Shown here: piece by piece, positions 42,761 to 56,120 of the stretch
Layout of the letters: each line of letters begins with the position of its first letter
How positions within the stretch are numbered: the stretch's first letter is position 1
Source: Eledone cirrhosa
Lineage: Eukaryota
Length of the DNA: 64,000 bases
Direction of reading: 5' to 3'
NCBI GenBank assembly: GCA_964016885.1
Contig: OZ024745.1
Location: 97,836,001 to 97,900,000, forward strand
The notes under the pieces: model-generated
The model's input: the letters and a program-made list of their open reading frames with translations, nothing else
What the model was told of the DNA's origin: nothing
The model's database searches: none
Made by a program: the position numbers and the translations under genes

Positions 42761-43200
42761 TAGTAGAGAGGAAAAAGATTTTTTTCAGTAGAAAATGCTG
42801 AAGATATTCTTTCAGTATAATATCAAAACATTTATTTATAAAGTGGATATTTCCGCATTTAATAATGGTACCGGTTTCGGCATTATATGCTTTTTCAACT
42901 GCGGATATGCATAATGTAGTTATGTTGCATAGTTATACGAATAATAAAAAGGGGAACGAAGGATAAACACGGACAGAGATATGAACTCTCCTCTCTAAAT
43001 ATGTATGTAAAAACTAATAATTTTTCTTCACATTTTTATTATTCGTATAAATATCCAACTACATTATGCATATCCGCAGTTGAAAAAACATATAATGCCG
43101 AAACCGGCAAATATCCACTTTATAAATAAATGTTTTAGATATCATACTGAAAGAATCTCTTCAGAATTTTCTACTGAAAAAATCTTTCTCCTCTCTACTA
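42761..43200. repeat. Inverted repeat with ~170-190 bp arms, probable inverted pLTR pair
   Basis: 42761-42950 is the reverse complement of 43032-43200 with small indels. Contains hammerhead-like TTGAAAAA-GCA/TGC-CGAAACCGGTA. Confidence 0.85.
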
Positions 43201-43790
43201 TATATATATATCACATACGTATCTAGATGTACCTGGAGTGTACCAGTAATACAATGTCCGTCCTTGCTATATTGTGTCATGCTGATTCTCCCTGAGAATT
43301 ACATTAAGTGTACCCGCTTACATAGTAATGTCATGAGTAGGAGCTTATTTGATCTCACAAGTGAATGAATGTTCATCGTCGAGAGTGATGAAGACTCCTC
43401 TCACACTTCTCTCAAAATGTCTGGTATCGTGCCAATGCTAGAAACCATTATCAAAGCTGTCGTATAATTAGGAAATACTAGCTACAAAGATGTTATATGA
43501 CAAAAGAATTTCTTGCTTAATTAACCCTTGGTTAATTTAATTTAATTTTGTTTGTTGCTATTATAACTAACCTCGACAATATCAGTTTGACAGCCAGTAT
43601 ATCTAATGTCGAGTTCATTGCTAGCACCAATGGAGATAGCTTAACCATTAGCAAACCAATAAGAGAACCATTACTCAGTCACACAGATTGTTAGAAATAG
43701 CAGTCAAATCTACTCCTTATATTAAACAAACACACACAATAACAGCAACAGCAATAACTGCAACAAAAGTAACAGCAGCCGAGCAACAAC

Positions 43791-43828
<38 letters not shown>

Positions 43829-43840
43829 CGACGACGACGA

Positions 43841-43911
<71 letters not shown>

Positions 43912-44909
43912 GATCCTTCGTCGGTTTCGACAACGATCCTTCAGTTGTTTAATTACCTAAACTAATTATTTGATTAATTAACATTCAAGTGGTTGAGTAT
44001 TCCGCAGGTATGTGTTCCATTAATGTAACTAGCGTCTGTAGTGTGTATATTGATATTATACGCAGGTATATATACATGTAGATATGATACATCAAATAAA
44101 ATCGTAATTGACAATATATAATACATAGAAATTGAACGAAGACTGTGTTACACTGTCTTATTTAATCAGTAACGTAATCCATGATGCATTAAAAAAGACG
44201 ATATTATATATAAACTGCATTAGGAGAAAATTAGTGATAGAAAATTAGTATGTTTATTTAAGCGATGGCCAACCGGAAGTGTTGTCATTTCAGAAATTTT
44301 AAAGAAGAGAATCTTTAAATAAACAAAATATATTTAATCAACAGCCACGAAATTTAGTAGATAAATTATGTAATATTCATTCATTATATTCAAAGTAATC
44401 CAACTTATTTTACTAACGGGATACAAAATTATAAACCGTACGCAGTCCCGCGCTCCTTAATTTATTATAGTTTAGATTCTCAGGATCAGCTTAACACAAC
44501 ATGTATGTGACAACGGTAGAGTTTTCAATTAGAGATACAATCTATACGACGGTCATCCGCATAGTCTCTGTCTGCCAAATATCACTAACAAGGCCCAGGT
44601 GAACTCGAATCTAATATAGAAGATATTTGTTTAATACGTTACACAATGATGTCGAACCTACGACATGATGATTACGACACGATGTCTTAACCACTAGGCT
44701 ATAACTCAATACATGTACCAACACAACAACAACAAACAAGCCAATCAATACAGCAGAGAAAATCATTTGAGTTCAACGTGAAAATAAAAGCCAAGACATA
44801 AAGTAATGGAGGAGATAGTGGAACTATTGGAGGCAGCCAAGATCATGGAGATTACCTGATCAGGTAAGTCTAGATAAGCGAGAAAATAGGTCCTATATTA
44901 CTACTACTA

Positions 44910-44947
<38 letters not shown>

Positions 44948-45036
44948 ACTACTACTACTACACATCTCTATCTATATATTATATCGCATATCTCTCCACC
45001 CTCTCTCTTTATCTATCTATATATTTATCTGTCTTT

Positions 45037-45132
<96 letters not shown>

Positions 45133-45204
45133 GACAAAAGATTAATGACTGCCAATAGTGGAATTGAATAATCAAAACCGTAGCGGAATGTCACATATCA
45201 AATC

Positions 45205-45273
45205 ATATATTTTATCTGATGAAAACGTACTTAAACCCCATTGCACCTTTGAAATATGTATAATAAAATATAT
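45205..45273 (+). ncRNA. Type I hammerhead, C-C mismatch family, copy 2
   Basis: ATATATTTTAT-CTGATGA-AAACGTAC/GCACCTTT-GAAA-TATGTA-TA-ATAAAATATAT. Confidence 0.75.
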
Positions 45274-45381
45274 ATTTTGATTATGAGAATATTTTTCATT
45301 TATTATCATTTTGAATAATATTTATATAGTTATATATATATTTATATATATATAGTATATGTTAGGTTATATTGGAGTTTA

Positions 45382-45689
<308 letters not shown>

Positions 45690-45816
45690 TATATATATAT
45701 ACAGTATGGTTTTCCGGAGTTATTAATATTAATTCAAAATATTAAGAAATATAGACATTCGTGTGATGAAGTATATTTTAACCATCTACTTAGTCAAGGT
45801 ATGTCAAGCATCATCT

Positions 45817-45883
45817 TATTTTATCTGATGAGGACGTACTGTTGAAGATAGCTCAGTACCTCTGAAATATGTATAATAAAATA
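45817..45883 (+). ncRNA. Type I hammerhead, C-C mismatch family, copy 3
   Basis: TATTTTAT-CTGATGA-GGACGTACTG/CAGTACCTCT-GAAA-TATGTA-TA-ATAAAATA. Confidence 0.82.
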
Positions 45884-45924
45884 TACTTGATTACACGAAT
45901 GTCTATATTTGTTAATATTTTGAA

Positions 45925-46032
<108 letters not shown>

Positions 46033-46154
46033 GAGACAAACTATATACATCCACATGTTCAACACAAGTACACAGATATATAGGTACTAAAAAATCTTTT
46101 GAACTGTTACTAAATTCTTGATTTATATAGGTATCGATATTATATATTATTATG

Positions 46155-46339
46155 GTAGATTGGCAGTATCGGTAGAGAGTCGGACGCCATGCTTTCTAGC
46201 ATAGTTACGTCCCTTTACGGTCTGAGTTCAAATCCCGCCGAGGTTCACTTTGCCTTTCATTCTTACGGGGTCGATAAATTAACGTACCAGTAATGTACTG
46301 GCTATTTGCTGGCCTTGTGCCAAAAGTAGAAACAATTAT
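46155..46339 (+). mobile_element. SINE family 1 copy
   Basis: A and B boxes and body as in the 53344 copy. Confidence 0.85.
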
Positions 46340-46609
46340 ATGATATAAAGTACAGTAGCAGTAGTGGCAGTAGTAGTAGTAGTAGTAGTAGTAGCAGCAG
46401 CAGTAGTAGTAGTAGCAGCAGCAGCAGCAATAGTAGTAGTAGTAGTAGTAGTAGTGGCAGCAGCAACAACACTAGTAGTAGTAATAGTAGTAGCAGCAGC
46501 AGCAGTAACAGTAGTAGTAGTAGTAGCAGCAGCAGCAACAACAGTAGTAGTAGTAGTAGTAGTAGTAGTAACAACAATAACAAAATAATTGCTTCATTTA
46601 TTGGTCACT

Positions 46610-48057
46610 GGATGTATGTCCATATGTAGACTAGTAAGTAGATTTATATATAGATGGACGTACATATGTAGACTAGTAAGTAGATTTATATATGGATGGA
46701 CGTACATATGTAGACTAGTAAGTAGATTTATATATGGATGGACGTACATATGTAGACTAGTAAGTAGATTTATATATGGATGGACGTGCATATGTAGACT
46801 AGAAAGTAGATTTATATATGGATGTATGTACATATGTAGACTAGTAAGTAGATTTATATATGGATGTATGTACATACGTAGACTGGTAAGTAGATTTATA
46901 TATGGATGTATGTACATACGTAGACTAGTAAGTAGATTTATATATGGATGTATGTACATATGTAGACTAGTAAGTAGATTTATATATGGATGTATGTACA
47001 TATGTAGACTAGTAAGTAGATTTATATATGGATGTATGTACATACGTATACTAGTAAGTAGATTTATATATGGGTGTATGTACATATGTAGAGTAGTAAG
47101 TAGATTTATATATGGATGTATGTTCATATGTAGACTAGTAAGTAGATTTATATATGGATGGACGTACATATGTAGACTAGTAAGTAGATTTATATATGGA
47201 TGTATGTACATATGTAGACTAGTAAGTAGATTTATATATGGATGTATGTACATATGTAGACTAGTAAGTAGATTTATATATGGATGTATGTACATATGTA
47301 GACTAGTAAGTAGATTTATATATGGATGGACGTACATATGTAGACTAGTAAGTAGATTTATATATGGATGGACGTACATATGTAGACTAGTAAGTAGATT
47401 TATATATGGATGTATGTACATATGTAGACTAGTAAATAGATTTATATATGGATGTATGTACATATGTAGACTAGTAAGTAGATTTATATATGGATGGACG
47501 TACATATGTAGACTAGTAAGTAGATTTATATATGGATGTATGTACATATGTAGACTAGTAAGTAGATTTATATATGGATGTATGTACATACGTAGACTAG
47601 TAAGTAGATTTATATATGGATGTATGTACATACGTAGACTAGTAAGTAGATTTATATATGGATGTATGTACATATGTAGACTAGTAAGTAGATTTATATA
47701 TGGATGTATGTACATATGTAGACTAGTAAGTATATTTATATATGGATGGACGTACATATGTAGACTAGTAAGTAGATTTATATATGGATGTATGTACATA
47801 TGTAGACTAGTAAGTAGATTTATATATGGATGTATGTACATATGTAGACTAGTAAGTAGATTTATATATGGATGTATGTACATATGTAGACTAGTAAGTA
47901 AATTTATATATGGATGTATGTACATATGTAGACTAGTAAGTAGATTTATATATGGATGTATGTACATATGTAGACTAGTAAGTAGATTTATATATGGATA
48001 TATGTACATATGTAGACTAGTAAGTAGATTTATATATGGATGTATGTACATATGTAA
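46610..48057. repeat. 39-bp minisatellite (GGATGTATGTACATATGTAGACTAGTAAGTAGATTTATATAT-type), about 37 units
   Basis: Direct tandem repetition; the 13-aa-period ORFs are artefacts. Confidence 0.97.
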
Positions 48058-48208
48058 ATGTCGATAGTCGATTGAGAAGAATCAGAACTCATTCTCTTAA
48101 CGAGTTGGGTGGAGCTCGTCAAATCGGACCGAGGAAACAATGTTTCCATTTGTCTTTCCAATTGCTAATACTATTTGTTGGTCGCATCTCCAGGCAGAAG
48201 GCACAAAG

Positions 48209-48267
<59 letters not shown>

Positions 48268-48345
48268 AAAAAATTGAACGGGAACAAAACAGAGAGGCAG
48301 TACGAACAAAGGTTTATTAGTTTCACGCTCTTGAGAGTGGGGTGG

Positions 48346-48518
<173 letters not shown>

Positions 48519-48591
48519 CACATATATATATATATATATATGCGTTACGTTTCGCTTTTTCTACCCGCCGAAATGCGATTCTCGCTGAATT

Positions 48592-48622
<31 letters not shown>

Positions 48623-48897
48623 ATGTACATATGCAGATCTATATACGTATGTATGTAGATGTATGTACATATGTTGATGTACATATGTTGATATATGTAG
48701 ATGTATATATGTAGATATGTGTGTGTGTGTGTGTGTGTGCAGATGATTATACCAGGAAATTTAAATGAAGAATCTTTGCAATGTTCAGCAAATATTCACT
48801 GCGGTGCTAATCGATTGGATTTGGAGTGGATTTGGAGAATGGAGCTCAGTTGGCTTTGTCCTTTATTGCAAATTTCCAGCACTTTCCGACTTTTACG

Positions 48898-50577
48898 CAA
48901 ATCTGTCGTGACATAGCTCAACGTAGCAAATCTGGTGTTATATAGCTCAACGTAGCAAATCTGGCGTTATATAGCTCAACGTAGCAAATCTGGCGTTATA
49001 TAGCTCAACGTAGCAAATCTGGCGTTACATAGCTCAACGTAGCAAATCTGGCGTTATATAGCTCAACGTAGCAAATCTGGCGTTATATAGCTCAACGTAG
49101 CAAATCTGGCGTTACATAGCTCAACGTAGCAAATCTGGCGTTATATAGCTCAACGTAGCAAATCTGGCGCTATATAGCTCAACGTAGCAAATCTGGCGTT
49201 ACATAGCTCAACGTAGCAAATCTGGCGTTATATAGCTCAACGTAGCAAATCTGGCGTTACATAGCTCAACGTAGCAAATCTGGCGTTATATAGCTCAACG
49301 TAGCAAACCTGTCGTGACATAGCTCAACGTAGCAAATCTGTCGTGACATAGCTCAACGTAGCAAATCTGTCGTGACATAGCTCAACGTAGCAAACCTGTC
49401 GTAATATAGCTCAACGTAGCAAATCTGGCGTTATATAGCTCAACGTAGCAAACCTGTCGTGGCATAGCCCAACGTAGCAAACCTGTCATGACATAGCTCA
49501 ACGTAGCAAACCTGTCGTGACATAGCTCAACGTAGCAAATCTGTCGTGACATAGCTTAACGTAGGAAACCTGTCGTGACATAGCTCAACGTAGCAAACCT
49601 GTCGTGACATAGTGCAACGTAGCAAACCTGTCGTTACAGATCTCAACGTCGCAAATCTGTCGTTATATAGCCCAACGTAGCAAATCTGTCGTGACATAGC
49701 TCAACGTAGCAAATCTGGCGTTACAGAGCTCAACGTAGCAAACCTGTCGTTACAGATCTCAACGTCGCAAATCTGTCGTTATATAGCTCAACGTCGCAAA
49801 TCTGTCGTGACATAGCCCAACGTAGCAAATCTGTCGTGTCATAGCTCAACGTAGCAAATCTGGCGTTACAGAGCTCAACGTAGCAAATCTGGCGTTACAT
49901 AGCTCAACGTAGCAAATCTAGCGTTACATAGCTCAACGTCGCAAATCTGTCGTTACATAGCTCAACGTCGCAAATCTGTCGTGACATAGCTCAACGTAGG
50001 AAACCTGTCGTGACATAGCTCAACGTAGCAAACCTGTCGTGACATAGTGCAACGTAGCAAACCTGTCGTTACAGATCTCAACGTCGCAAATCTGTCGTTA
50101 TATAGCCCAACGTAGCAAATCTGTCGTGACATAGCTCAACGTAGCAAATCTGGCGTTACAGAGCTCAACGTAGCAAACCTGTCGTTACAGATCTCAACGT
50201 CGCAAATCTGTCGTTATATAGCTCAACGTCGCAAATCTGTCGTGACATAGCCCAACGTAGCAAATCTGTCGTGTCATAGCTCAACGTAGCAAATCTGGCG
50301 TTACAGAGCTCAACTTAGCAAATCTGGCGTTACATAGCTCAACGTCGCAAATCTGTCGTTACATAGCTCAACGTCGCAAATCTGTCGTGACATAGCTCAA
50401 CGTAGCAAACCTGTCGTTACAGATCTCAACGTAGCAAACCTGTCGTTACAGATCTCAACGTAGCAAATCTGGCGTTACATAGCTCAACGTCGCAAATCTG
50501 TCGTTACATAGCTCAACGTCGCAAATCTGTCGTTACATAGCTCAACGTAGCAAATCTGACGTTACATAGCTCAACGC
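48898..50577. repeat. 29-bp minisatellite (TAGCTCAACGTAGCAAATCTGGCGTTATA), about 58 units
   Basis: Direct repetition. A rare GTAGGAAACC variant at 49561 and 49996 marks a 435-bp (15-unit) higher-order duplication. Confidence 0.97.
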
Positions 50578-50733
50578 ACCTATAATAATTGTTACAAATG
50601 AAAATATCTAACCAACATAAGAGAGTTGTATGTTTCTCATGAGTTCGTCGTATTTGTTTTTTTTTCCTCCACCTTAAATCATACATTTACACTCGCTGGA
50701 CATGTCTGACTTTTGTTTTTCTATTCCATAAAG

Positions 50734-51402
50734 CAGAGGTTCTCAAAGTGGACGTATCACCCTCCAATCGGTTTTGAGAAGGTCCAGGGGGCGCTGCGGT
50801 CTAACGGTGAGGGAGCGATGGAGATGATATAATAGTATATCAAATATCAAATGATACTTATATATTATATCAAATGATACATATTATATATTGTATCAAA
50901 TGAGACATATTATATATAAATATAGGGCGGTTGATTGGCAGTATCGGTAGAGCGTCAGCCACTATACTTTGCAGCATAGTTATGGCTCTTTACGTTCTGA
51001 GTTCAAATCCTGACGAGGTTAACTCTGCCTTTAATCCTTACGGGGGTCGATAAAATAAAGCACCAGTAATGCACTGGGGTAATTGCTTGCCTTGTGCCAA
51101 AAGTAGAAACAATTATGTATAGATATAATTGTTTCTACTTTTGGCACAAGGCCAGCAATTACCCCAGTGCATTACTGGTGTAATTGATGGCCATGTATAG
51201 ATATAATAAAATAAAAATATGTAATATTTATTTATGCATAGTATATATTATATTATTTATTATATATAAATTAACGAATTTATTATTATATATTATTTTT
51301 AATCTACGCGCAGGCAGGTCTCTCTGGAAATACGGTTGGGGACGCTGAGGGCATTACCTGGCCGTGGGAGGGGCAGTGCCCCGAAAAGTTTTAGAACCTC
51401 TG
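50734..51402. mobile_element. hAT-type MITE with nested SINE
   Basis: TIRs CAGAGGTTCT..; 8-bp TSD CCATAAAG/CCATAGAG; SINE family 1 inside at ~50926-51116. Confidence 0.85.
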
Positions 51403-51632
51403 CCATAGAGTAATATTAAGTCTGTTGTGTTTATCACAAATTGTTATTTTTATTTGAATATTCCATCAGTGTTCTTTATTTTTAAAAGCCTGGATGTATT
51501 CTGGTTCTTGTATACTTTTGGTATGACCGTCAATATATTCCTATCTGCGGATACCATTGTAAATAATTTTCGTAACTATGTCGTGTCTCATGGAAAGTTA
51601 GTAACTGTTAGGGTCTTGAGTGATATCTACAT

Positions 51633-51839
51633 CTGGCATGTCAAACATGCCGCCTGCGAGCCGCATGCGGCCCTTTACAAGCACACCTGCGGCCCGCACA
51701 AAGGTTTTTTACAGCGCGAGCGTAATATAAAATAAAAACTATTAGTTGTAATGTGCGCAATTAATTGTCATGTGTGGCCCTCAGACAACACATATGTGAC
51801 CCATGTGGTCCTCGGGGGAACCTCAGTTTGACATGCCTG
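51633..51839. mobile_element. hAT-type MITE
   Basis: TIR C(A/T)GGCATGTCAAAC; TSD ATCTACAT/GTCTACAT; GCGGCCC subterminal motifs; inverted second copy at 56640. Confidence 0.88.
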
Positions 51840-51870
51840 GTCTACATTATTATTTCACATGAAAAACCAA

Positions 51871-51972
51871 CCGAGGTTAACTTTGCCTTTCATCCTTACG
51901 GGGTCGATAAAATAAAGTACCAGTAATACACTGGATTAATTGCTGGCCTTGTGCCAATAGTAGAAACAATTA
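51871..51972 (+). mobile_element. SINE family 1, 3' half
   Basis: CCGAGGTTAACTTTGCCTTTCATCC..AGAAACAATT. Confidence 0.8.
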
Positions 51973-52608
51973 TTATTTCACAATCTACACTTTCTATAAT
52001 GACGTAGAGGTTTGGATGTATCCTTATCTCTCTAATTGATCAGGCATTTAGCAGATACCTCTTCTTTCTAATGGTAAAGATGTATTTTTCTTCTAAGTGG
52101 GATGTGATGTAACTATCACAAATCCAGGAGAGTCTACTCTTTCTGTCAACACATTTGGTATTCTCTAGCTTATGGAATATGTAGTCATGCATGACTTTCT
52201 GCTGGCATCAAGAGTGTTTTTTTTTCCCCCAAATGTTCGGATTAAGTAGGTTAACACAGCTAACCTTGGGTCATACACGCACACATAAGTGCGCGTGCAC
52301 ACGCATAGACACACAGATAGACACACACTCACCCCCAGACACACATTAATAATAGAAATAAATATTTCACAAGCTTAAAGGAAATATGCGTAAAGCGTTT
52401 TAGCAGAGGGTACAATAAATATAAAAATAATTTATATTTACAAAGAAAATATATTGAAATATATAGACGGTTAAGACACATGGCGTAATAAATTAGATAG
52501 ATACATATATTCGTGTTTCTAACGGAGCTACGTTTGTAATAAAACCTGTGATATTGTCATCAGCAGAAGGCAGCAAGAAGGAATTATATGAAATGTTAAC
52601 CGATTATA

Positions 52609-53256
52609 CAAGGGGCGGCTGAAAACTTCATAGGCTGACCAAATGAGGTTTCTTTTTTCAACATAGTCTCTGGAAAGAAACGAAATAATTAATTGTTTCT
52701 ACTTTTGGCACAAGGCTATCAATTAACCAGTACATTACTGGTACTTTATTTTATCGACCTCGTAAGGATGAAAGGCAAAGTTGACCTCGTAAGGATGAAA
52801 GGCAAAGTTGACCTCGGCAGGATTTTAACTCGGTCCGTAAAGAGACGTAACTCTATGCTGGAAAGCATGGCGTCCGACCAACCACCAACCACCACCCTAG
52901 AAACGAAATCCACCGAAAGAAACGAAATAATTAATGATTTCTAGTATAGGTACAAGGCCAGTAATTTGGAGGGAGGGGAAAGTCGATTAAATCGACCCCA
53001 GTGCGTAACTGGTACTTTATTTTATCGGTCCGTAAGGATGAAAGGCAAGTTAACTTCGGCGGGATTTGAACTCAGATCATAAAGGGCCGTAACTCTATGT
53101 TGCAAAGCATGGCGTCCGACCCTCTACCGACACTGCCAATCCACCGCCTTCGAAACGAAATAATTAATAAGAAGAGTTGAAATTAATGCATGAAAGATTT
53201 CACAGCTCTAGCACCACTCCTTCATAGTCAGCTTATGAACTTTTCAGCCGACCTCG
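52609..53256. mobile_element. Mariner-type MITE interrupted by two minus-strand SINEs
   Basis: TIRs CAAGGGGCGGCTGAAAACTTCATAGGCTGAC and GTCAGCTTATGAACTTTTCAGCCGACCTCG; TA on the left. SINEs at ~52692-52880 and ~52935-53149. Confidence 0.82.
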
Positions 53257-53343
53257 CATACTGGCTGGTAGCAATTTACCCCCCCCCCCCCACATATTTT
53301 CGTTAAGCTTACGAAATATGTCTTCCTATTATTAAAACAACAA

Positions 53344-53568
53344 GGGCGGTGGATTGGCAGTATCGGTAGAGAGTCGGACACCCTGCTTTGCAGCATAGAG
53401 TTACGGTCCTTTACGGTCTGAGTTCAAATCACGCCGAGGTTAACTTTGCCTTTCATCCTTACTGGGTAGATAAAATAAAGCACCAGTCACGCACTGGGAT
53501 CGATTTAATCGACTCCCACCCCATCCACCAAAATTGCTGGCCTTGTGCCTATATAAGAAACCATTATT
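53344..53568 (+). mobile_element. tRNA-derived SINE family 1, full-length copy
   Basis: Pol III A box TGGCAGTATCGG, B box GAGTTCAAATC, (ATT)n tail; about ten related copies in the window. Confidence 0.88.
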
Positions 53569-53897
53569 AAAACAACACATCTCTGTAACTAAAATTTTAA
53601 AAGCATTTTTGCATTCAATTTCTAAGATTCAGATACTCTTGCAACGTATGTTACGGACGAAAAAAGAAAAAAGATGAGTTCTCAATATTTCAACTGCATT
53701 CGTGGCTTTCATAGTTTCTTTCTCGGCGTTTCCGGTTTGTGTTTGACCAGCATGCATCTCTTAAAATATCCACTTCCTGTCTTCACACCATGATGACAAA
53801 CATCATATACTTTATTCTAAATATGAAAATGCTAGAAACACGAATTAATGTCCGTAGAGAACTATATGAATATATGAAAGTATATGTTTATATATAA

Positions 53898-53941
<44 letters not shown>

Positions 53942-53944
<3 letters not shown>

Positions 53945-54145
53945 AACGAGTATGACCCCGACGGCTGAGCTCAAGCCGTTTCGACGGCTAATTCTGGACT
54001 AAATTTAGTCCAGAATTAGCCGTCGAAACGGCTTGAGCTCAGCCGTCGGGGTCCTACTCGTTTCTATTACCCACTCTACTACCCTAAGTATTGAGTACTT
54101 TGGTGCGTTATGGTCCACCGGGTTCCTTACCACATTTCCTTCGTT
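53942..54145 (+). mobile_element. Hairpin-plus-tail element, copy 4
   Basis: 62-bp arms with no loop (centre 54003/54004) and two mismatches, conserved tail, (TA)n flanks. Confidence 0.9.
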
Positions 54146-54434
54146 ATATATATATATATATATATATATCAACTAGAAATAGATTGACATATATATATAA
54201 AATAAACACATGAAACAATCGCAGGGAATAATTTGTAAAGTGCACACATAGCTAGGTAGGAAACTAATTAAAGTTTAACTAGAACTTCAAATATAGATAC
54301 CTTTTAAAATGATTAATCTCCTTTGTATATATTTCTTTAAATAAAAAATATATTTCATTAATTAATCCGTAAATCACAGCAGTCAAATCCTGGATGGTCA
54401 CCAAAGGAGAAGATCCAACCATCTGTGTTTACAC

Positions 54435-54761
54435 AGCAAATGCAAATCTGTGAATGACTCGAACCACGTGTTGCATTTTATAAAAAAATACAGACCTCGC
54501 ACCGCGTCATCCCAGTGGCGTGAATAGGATTATGGACAGCTAGAAATAGCAGCCGAGTCCATTCAAGTGAATTAGCTCTACAATCAAGGGGCCGTATATA
54601 TATCCAAAATTAAATTAAGGTAAGGTTGTCATGTCTGAGAGACAAGCGCCATATTCACTGTCGATAATCCCATTCACGCCCCTGGGATGACGCGGTGCGA
54701 GGTCTGTATTTTTTATAAAATGCAACACGTGGTTCGAGTCATTCATAGATTTGCATTTGCT
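54435..54761. repeat. Inverted repeat with ~104-bp arms
   Basis: 54435-54539 is the reverse complement of 54658-54761 with few mismatches. Confidence 0.9.
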
Positions 54762-54898
54762 TTGGGACGATCAGTGGATCTGCTAATATGCAGATCTGAC
54801 TGATCAGCCAGTCTGCTAATATGCAAATCAGGCCGATCAGTCACTGTGTATTTGTGAAAATAGCATATATTTTCACTAGTTCTGACAGTTTGGCAGGT

Positions 54899-54960
54899 GA
54901 ACAGTGAGCTGTACTGATGAAGGGTGATACCCAGAAACATTAGTGTCTGCAGTTCTGTTC
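54899..54960 (+). ncRNA. Type I hammerhead ribozyme with extended, bulged stem I and GUC cleavage site
   Basis: GAACA-gt-GAGCTGTA-CTGATGA-AGGGT/ACCCA-GAAA-CATTAGTG-TC-TGCAGTTC-TGTTC. Confidence 0.8.
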
Positions 54961-55172
54961 GCATGCCAACACAAGAGCAAGAATGAAGTGTTCATTCTAC
55001 TGACATGGCTATAAAATTGAGGCTTGTTTGCATAATTGCAAACAAATCGAATGTTATTATTAATATTCGAAAAACTCAGATTACATTTATTATATATATA
55101 TATATAGCCAATATTTATATAACGAATTTATATAACGAATAAATAAATAAAGAATAAAAAAAGATTAGATTA

Positions 55173-55346
55173 CAGGTAAAATTCCGTTATAACGAATATC
55201 ATTATAACGAATTTTTCAGTAAAACGATATTTTTTCAATCCCCGGCCACATGCCCGATGTGTTAGGTCGATCTCGTTATAAAGAATTTTTGGATACAATG
55301 AATTTTTTCTATACCCCGTGAATTTCGTTATAACGGAATTTCACTC
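55173..55346. mobile_element. Tc1/pogo (Tigger-like) MITE
   Basis: TIRs CAGGTAAAATTCCGTTATAACGAA and TTCGTTATAACGGAATTTCACTC; TA on both sides; internal TTATAACGAA repeats. Confidence 0.82.
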
Positions 55347-55939
55347 TAGTCTATTGCGTGTGTTATAATGATAGGCATTCACATATCTCAACACAAGCCT
55401 TAATACATATTGAAGCAAATGGGCTTCTGTCGGTTTCCACGATTTGTGTTACCGTTGTTTGATCAATGGAACAGCCTGCTTGTCAATTTAAGGTGTAAAT
55501 GGGTCAGCATTCCACAAACACGTGTACTCATAACGTAATTCTCAGGAAGATTCAACATGACATAGTGTGCGATTGACAAAACTTGCCATTTGAATTACAG
55601 ATAAAGTCCATCAGATGGGCTTTCAAACAGTTTCCGTCTACCCAATTGGTAAATGATACTTGCCCATGATACTCGAAACCTAATGATTGTGAAACGAACT
55701 TCTTAACCATTTGGCCCTGACATAGTGGTAGACATTTCTAAAACAAAAACAAACTTTTTTTTATTAACATTTGATCTCCTGTCCGACGACAACGCATTGA
55801 ATCACTGTTGAACAACGATCTTTTGATGCCTTAGAAATGTGCATAATGGGATGATGAAATGGTATAAACTAATGTTGAATATGTTATACCGTCTCTTTTC
55901 ATTTTCTTTATATATATTAAGGGCAGGTCAGGCTTCTGT

Positions 55940-56120
55940 CTGTTACTGGTACCATGTAACCCAGTGCGATCTGCTTCAACGTCTAGTGATCGGCGACCAT
56001 ACAGGCTCTTTCACCAGAACCTGGTCTGGTGAGGATGGTAAGTGGATCCCCAGCAGCACAAAATATAAGAGTTGTTAAAGGAGCGGATGAACTCCCCAGA
56101 GTCAACGGCCATCCACCCCA
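55940..56120 (+). mobile_element. RTE-like 5' UTR fragment related to elements A and B
   Basis: TACTGGTACCATGTAACCCAGT..GGTGAGGA..GAGTCAACGGCCATCC shared with the 27994 and 30745 elements. Confidence 0.6.

Noticed and set aside
46589-48067. 492/485-aa repeat ORFs
   Set aside because: Translation of a 39-bp minisatellite with no unique domain.
52510-52570. Minus-strand CTGATGA..CAAACGTAG as a hammerhead
   Set aside because: GAAA is absent and the stems are weak; at best a decayed copy.
53344-53435. tRNA gene
   Set aside because: A/B boxes belong to a multi-copy SINE head; no cloverleaf.
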